Assembly: GCA_951406725.2 (NCBI GenBank)
Contig: OX597828.1
Span: 15,562,001-15,626,000 of the forward strand
Reading direction: 5' to 3'
Length of the DNA stretch: 64,000 nucleotides
DNA from: Octopus vulgaris
Taxonomy: Eukaryota
Positions 57,284-64,000 of this stretch are shown here, piece by piece. Each line of letters starts with the position of its first letter. Position 1 is the first letter of the stretch. Position numbers and translations under genes: made by a program. Below the pieces are notes generated by a model. The model was not told the origin of the DNA. It made no database searches and saw only the letters and a list, made by a program, of their open reading frames with translations.

Positions 57284-57508
57284 TGTGTGTGCGTGTGTGT
57301 GCGTGCGTGCTTTCCCGCACTACTGTTTGACAGCCATTGGTGGTGGTGTGTATACATCCCCGTAAATTTGCGGTTCAGCAATAGTGACCGACAAGCTTAA
57401 AAAAATAAGTACCTGGGCCGATTCATTTGACTAAAACTTTTTCAAGGTGGCACTCCAGCATGGTCGCAGGCTAATGACTGAAACAAGTAAAAGATAAAAT
57501 ATGAATGA

Positions 57509-57671
57509 GGCGCAGGAGTGGCTGAGGGGTAAGTAGCTTGCTTACGAACCACATGGTCCCAGGTTCAGTCCCACTGTGTGACACCTTGGGCAAGTGTCTT
57601 CTACTATAGCCTCGGGCCGACCAAAGCCTTGTGAGTGGATTTGGTAGACGGAAACTGGAAGAAGCCCGTCG

Positions 57672-57755
<84 letters not shown>

Positions 57756-57990
57756 TGTGTGTGTATTGTGTGTGTATGTTAGTGTGTCTGTTAGTCTCCC
57801 CAGCATCGTTTGACAATGATGCTGGTGTGTTTACGTCCCCGTAACATAGCGGTTCGGCAAAAGATACCGATAGAATAAGTACTAGGCTTACAAAGAATAA
57901 GCTCTGGGGTCGATTTTCTCGACTATAAAGGCGGTGCTCCAGCTTGGCCACAGTCAAATGACTGAAACAAATAAAAGAGTAAAGAGTAAA
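57509..57990 (+). mobile_element. SINE group A, full length
   Basis: Head, CORE-like segment, (TA)n(TG)n, tail ending in AAAGAGT repeats. Confidence 0.9.
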
Positions 57991-58952
57991 GAGAAAAATC
58001 AATAGTTGTAGTTATTTACTTCTTATAGAGTAAGCTCTGAATAAAAAAAAGCACTTTAAAACGAACAAGAGTGCTAGTTAATTGATTTTACTATATAAAG
58101 AAGATACACGTTTCGGAGTATGGTCATTTGCCAAAAAACAATGCAAAGAAGAAAAAAGAAAAAGGAAGTTCCGTGGAGAGTAAAACACCGTTATTGTAAG
58201 GATCGCATGGTGTTGAGTGAATGCGACTTGGGTTAATTCGATCAGAGATGATTTAGGACTACGCAATAAAAACAACAACAACAACAGCAGCAACAGCAAC
58301 AACTGATCGTTGAGTCAACGAAAGAATCTCTCCAGAGTCGCACTTCGGAAAACCAGCCAAAATTCCCGAAATCTTAAAGAAAAAAAGAAAAAAAAAGGGG
58401 GCAAGAAAACTTTGGTTAATGAATTCCTGCTAATACTGTATATAGGCAGAAAATAAAAAGACAGGGTGGTTAAGGCTAGAATGTCTTGGATAAAAATATA
58501 GAGCTGTTCAACCAGGCACAACAAGAGGCTAAGCAACAACAACAACAATAACAACAACAACAACAACTAACACTACTAAAACCGTTGCCACCAATATAAC
58601 TACTTTACAAAACAATAAAAAAGCATTTGAAAATAACGATTTGTTATTTTGGCACACGGCCAACGTTGATCGGGCGAAGAGATAGAGTCTGTTTAATCGA
58701 TTCCAGTATATTACTGACACTTTAATTGTTGTCTTATTATTATTATTATTATTATTTGCTTTTTTTTTTGTTTTCTGTTTTTATATTTTGTTTTATTGAT
58801 CCCGAGGACACGAAAAGGAAAGTGAACCATGAGGGGATTGGAATTCAGAAATAAAAATACAAGATAATAATACATGAATTACAAGTGTGGCACTGAGCCA
58901 CAACGTTTTAGGAGAGGAGAGAAGTTTACTATCGAATCAATCAAGTGTGGTG

Positions 58953-59052
<100 letters not shown>

Positions 59053-59097
59053 AACGGGCACGTGCGTGTGTAGTTGTGCTTGCATATATATATATAT

Positions 59098-59855
59098 TCT
59101 TTTATTCTTTTACTTGTTTCAGTTCTTTGACTGCAGCCATGCTGGAGTATAGCCTTAAGGGGGTTTTAATCGAGGAAATCCCCCCAATACTTATACTTTG
59201 AAAGCATAGTATTTATTCTATCGAATTCTAATTGTCGAACCGCTAAGTTACGGGGACATAAACACACCAGCATCGGTTGTTAGGTGATGGCGATAGGAGG
59301 GGGTACAAACACAGACACATAGACACACCCAAAACTGATGTATATATATATATATATATATAAAGGGTAAAGACCCCCTTCGGTCATGAATGACCATGGG
59401 ATTGCACCTAGAAAGTTACCCTCCTAGACACAAGTCTGGGCAAGGTTGTTTTTATGGAAGGCCAGCAGTCGCCCATGCATACCAGCCTCCCTCTCCACGC
59501 CACCAGTGTTATCCAAGGGAAAGACACAGGTCGATACAGCTTGGCACCAGTGACGTCGCACCTCATTTCTACAGCTGAGTGAACTGGAGCAACGTGAAAT
59601 AAAGTGCCTTGCTCGAGAACACAACACGCAGCCCGGTCCGAGATTCGAGCTCACAACCTCACGATCGTAAGCTCGACGCTCTAACCACTGAGCCATATAT
59701 ATACGACGGGCTTCTTTCAGCTTCCTTCTACCAAATCCACTCACAAGGCTTTGGTCGGCCCGAGTAGAAGACACTTGCCGAAGGTGCCACGTCGTGGAAC
59801 TGAACCCGAAACCATATGGTTAGTAAGCAAGCTACTTATAACAGCCATTCCTGCG

Positions 59856-59888
<33 letters not shown>

Positions 59889-60042
59889 CGGGCTTCCTTC
59901 AATTTCCGTCTACCAAATCCACTCACAATACTTTGATATACCTGATGCTATAGTAGAAGGCACTTGCCCAAAGTGCCACGCAGTGGGACTGAACCCGGAA
60001 CCATTTTGTTGGGAAGCAAGCTTCTTACCACGTAGCCACACC

Positions 60043-60043
<1 letters not shown>
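59098..60043 (-). mobile_element. Nested SINEs: group A with a group B (59364-59695) inserted in its internal (TA)n, followed by another A head
   Basis: A tail 59098-59330, B7, A head 59700-59857, A head 59885-60043. Confidence 0.85.
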
Positions 60044-60092
<49 letters not shown>

Positions 60093-60467
60093 TGTGTATG
60101 TGAGGTATTTGTGTGTGTGTGCGTGTGTGATTGAGAGGTATTTGTTTGTGTGTGTGTGTGTGTGTGTGCTGGAATTGGCTCTCAAAGTACATATAAAACT
60201 ATGTAAATACTAGGTTGATAATCTCATTAGGATAGCAAAAGGTTGCCATCGTCGTTTTTTTTCTCTCTATCCAAAAGGTTTTTTGTTTGTTTTTGTGTTT
60301 GAACCCGATATTATTTACATGCTGTCATTTATAGCTCTACATATGTCCATCGAGATTCAATTCCGTAACAGATTTATGTCACGTTCTCACGAATCTGTGT
60401 GAATTCTTATGACGTCAAACAATATATACATACAAATAAATATATGCATGTGCGTGTATGCATGTGT

Positions 60468-60522
<55 letters not shown>

Positions 60523-60773
60523 TGTGGACATATATGTGTAAAAGTTATAAATGTAAAACATATACATATTTATATTACACCTGTATGCATAGTTATATTA
60601 TATCTAGCTATGTATTATTTGAAACAGTCTGATTCGGCTCCAACTTAAAGTTTGGCAGGCCTCTAAGAGAAGCCCATCTGTTCTATATACTCATACACAC
60701 ACATACACACATATCCAAATATATACATATAATAAATCCAGTATATATAATATATATATATCATATATCTACA

Positions 60774-60812
<39 letters not shown>

Positions 60813-60847
60813 GAAAAACATCATCTATCTATCTATCTATCTATCTG

Positions 60848-60928
<81 letters not shown>

Positions 60929-62014
60929 GTCTGTGTGTGTATGTATAAACAACATATGACATAGATATTTACACACACACACACACATACACACACACAC
61001 ACACATACACACACACACACACACTCACACATACATATACATGCACACACATACACCTAATACATATTTTTCTGTTCTCTCTGTATTTACATACCTATAT
61101 ATATATATATATACACATACTCACCAGCTCCCTCATACAGAAATGTGAACACCCACATTATATATATATATATAGACTCCTTCTAAGATGAATAACAGGT
61201 GAAATATTTTGGAAGGGAGGTATGAATTAAAATATCAGGCCAATAGGAAATAATAAATTCCATAAAACACAAAACCATAACGCTTGAGTAGTAGTCATAC
61301 ATTAGGGATATATTAAATTCATTTCTTCAGATTTTCAGAAAATCACGTGACTGATAACACACATTTTGGGGTTTATTAATCTAATATCCATTCTATAGTA
61401 CACAGTAAGGTTAGATAGGTTTCCATCATATCTTATTATGTAATTGTTTCAGTCATTGGACTGCAGCCATGCTGGGGCACTGCCCTGAAGAGTTTTAGTA
61501 GAACAAATCAACCCCAGTGCTTATTTATTTTTAAAAGATCGGTTCTTATTCTATCGGTGTGTTTTACGGAAATCCTATGTTACGGGGAGGTGAATAAACA
61601 AACAAACACCGGTTGTCAAACGGTGAGGAGGAGGAGGTAGGCTAAAAGGGACACAAAGAAACAATCACCCCCACCACATACACACACACACACACAAAGT
61701 GAAAAATGGTTAGAGGTTTCTGTGGTATATATAAGGGGAAAAAAACTGGATGAAAACTTGCCTCTACTAAAAACATTTTCATTTGAGAAATCCGACAGAC
61801 GTTGTTGAAACCAATTATTTAAGTTAAAACGATTGAAATTCATTTAAAGGAAATGTTGAACCTGTTCTTGTTTCTTTAATTTGTGAATCAGGAACTTAAA
61901 TGGTAAAGCATTGGATCAGGTCGGAAAATAAAATGTGCACACAACAAAAATAGAAGAATACATATGCGGGTACCGGGGTACAGCCAGGAATTTCTCAGCA
62001 ACCTCTCGTGTGTG

Positions 62015-62087
<73 letters not shown>

Positions 62088-63089
62088 GCGCGCGCGTATA
62101 TGTGTGTGAGTGAGTGAGTGTGTGCGTGTGTGTGGTGTGTGTATTGATAAATAGAAAGATAGATGTGTGTGTGTGTTTGTGTGTGTATGTGTGAATGTGT
62201 GTGCGTGTGTGTGTGTATGCGCGCACGTATATGTAAGTGTGTGTGCGTGAGCGAGTGTGTGTGTGTGGTGTGTGTATAGATAAATAGAAAGATAGATAGA
62301 TATGTGTGTGTGTTTGTTTGTGTGTGTGTGTATGTGTATGTGTGTGTGTATGTGTGTGCACGCGTATATGTGTGTATGTGTATGTGTGTGTGTGTATGTG
62401 TGCGCACGCGTATGTGTGTGTGTGTGTGTGAGTGTGTGCGTGTGTGTTTGAGTGAGTGTGTGCGTGTGTGTGTGAGTGAGTGTGTGCGTGTGTGTGTTGT
62501 GTGTGTATTGATAAATAGAAAGATAGATGTGTGTGTGTTTGTTTGTGTGTGTGTGTCTGTGTTTCTCTTTGTCCCTACATCGTTGATAATCGGTGTTGGT
62601 TTCTTTCCGTCCCTTAATTTAGTAGTTCCACCAAAGACACAAACAGCATAAATACTGGCGGCGGTGGTGGTGGTGGTGGAGGGGCGGCTCGGGTATTTGC
62701 TCGACTAAACCTTCTAAGGCGAAAACTCCAGCATGGCCGCAGTCCAATGACTAAAACAGGTAACAGAATAAAAATGCAAACCCAAATATAGGGTCTAAAA
62801 AAAATTTTGGTCCTACACGGGAAAACGCTATATTTTCCTACATTATCCAGTACTCATTTATATAATTGCTTTAAATGAATTAATTTTCTATAAATTACTA
62901 TAATTACTATAAATGAACTAATTTTCTAATCAATTATATTGTTCTGTGTCTATTGCTGTTCTTCTGGACTTACCGTTTTATTAGTTTTGCTAAGAAAATA
63001 TCTGAAGAACTATCATTGACAAAAATGTGATCCTATGGGAAATTCAAAAATTCAGACGTACAATTCGGAATCTATGCGCATACATTTAG

Positions 63090-63478
63090 CCTTTTGTCTT
63101 GTTTCAGCCATTAAACTGCGGCCATGCTGGAGTACAACCTCGAAGAATTTTAGTCGAACGAATCTTTTTTTTTTTTTAAATCTCCACCATTTTCTTTTTT
63201 AAAGCCAGGTACTTATTCGATCGGGTATCTTCTTACCGAACCACTATGTTACAAGGACGTAAGCACACCAATACCGGTTGTCAAGCAGTGGTCATACACA
63301 CACACACACACACACACACATACACACACGGTGGACTGCTTTCAGTTTCTGTCTACCAAATCCACTCACAAGGTTGTGGTCGGCCATAGGCTGTAGCAGT
63401 AGAAGACACTTGTCCAAGATATCACGCAGTGGAACTGAACCCAGAGCTCTGTGGTTTGGAAGCACACAGCCATGTCTA
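63090..63478 (-). mobile_element. Older SINE group A
   Basis: A motifs, diverged. Confidence 0.75.
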
Positions 63479-63676
63479 TGTGTGTATCTCAGATATAATA
63501 AACTGCAATGCGTTTTACAACGCGGTCACGCTAGTAGAGGGAAGCTGAAACGACAGTCCGAGTGGGGGTGAGTGACAGTGAGAGATATTCACTGTATGTG
63601 AGTTTTGCTGAAGTATAATATCCGGCATCTTAATTCAATCTTAATTCTCTCCATAAATTTAATTTAATTTATCGAT

Positions 63677-63792
<116 letters not shown>

Positions 63793-63845
63793 TGTGTGTG
63801 TGGATGGGTGTGTGTGCGTGTGTGTGCGTGTGCGTGCGTGTGTTA

Positions 63846-64000
63846 GCGCAATGGCCCAGTGGTTAGGGCAGCGGATTCGCAGTCGTAGGATCGCGGTTTC
63901 GATTCCCAGACTGGGTGTTGTGAGTATTTATTGAGCGAAAACACCTAAAAGCTTCACGAGGCTCCGGCAGGAGGGTGGGTGGCGATCCCTGCTGCACTCG
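63846..64000 (+). mobile_element. SINE group B head 2 (runs off the window)
   Basis: GCGCAATGGCCCAGTGGTTAGGGCAGCGG..GGTTTCGATTCCCAGAC. Confidence 0.85.

Noticed and set aside
61960-62008. mariner-like terminus CGAGAGGTTGCTGAGAAATTCCTGGC (minus strand)
   Set aside because: No partner TIR or coding trace; too weak to call

Overview
AT-rich, repeat-saturated animal genomic DNA with no supportable host protein-coding gene; almost all ORF-track entries are microsatellite or SINE read-throughs. The repeat complement (tRNA-derived CORE-type SINEs carrying internal microsatellites, very dense (TA)n/(CA)n/(TATC)n tracts) resembles a cephalopod, probably Octopus, intron or gene desert. That assignment is from recall, not a search. 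Contents: (i) three tRNA-SINE groups, labelled A, B and C here, with swapped heads and tails and tandem multimers; (ii) decayed DNA transposons (two mariners, an IR-DR Tc1, a Buster-type hAT split by SINEs, other hAT pieces, a Tc2/pogo end, a Helitron and a Helentron-type HINE); (iii) a decayed Penelope-like retroelement (RT YKDD plus GIY-YIG) ending in a perfect 140-bp inverted duplication; (iv) a duplicated 3' end of an RLE-type LINE embedded in (TACA)n. The most interesting signal is about ten short non-coding elements, mostly in or beside (TA)n tracts, that carry type I hammerhead-ribozyme motifs (several with a recurrent U4C core or a very long stem II) and/or near-perfect fold-back palindromes. 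These are consistent with microsatellite-associated Penelope pLTR or retrozyme-like elements.
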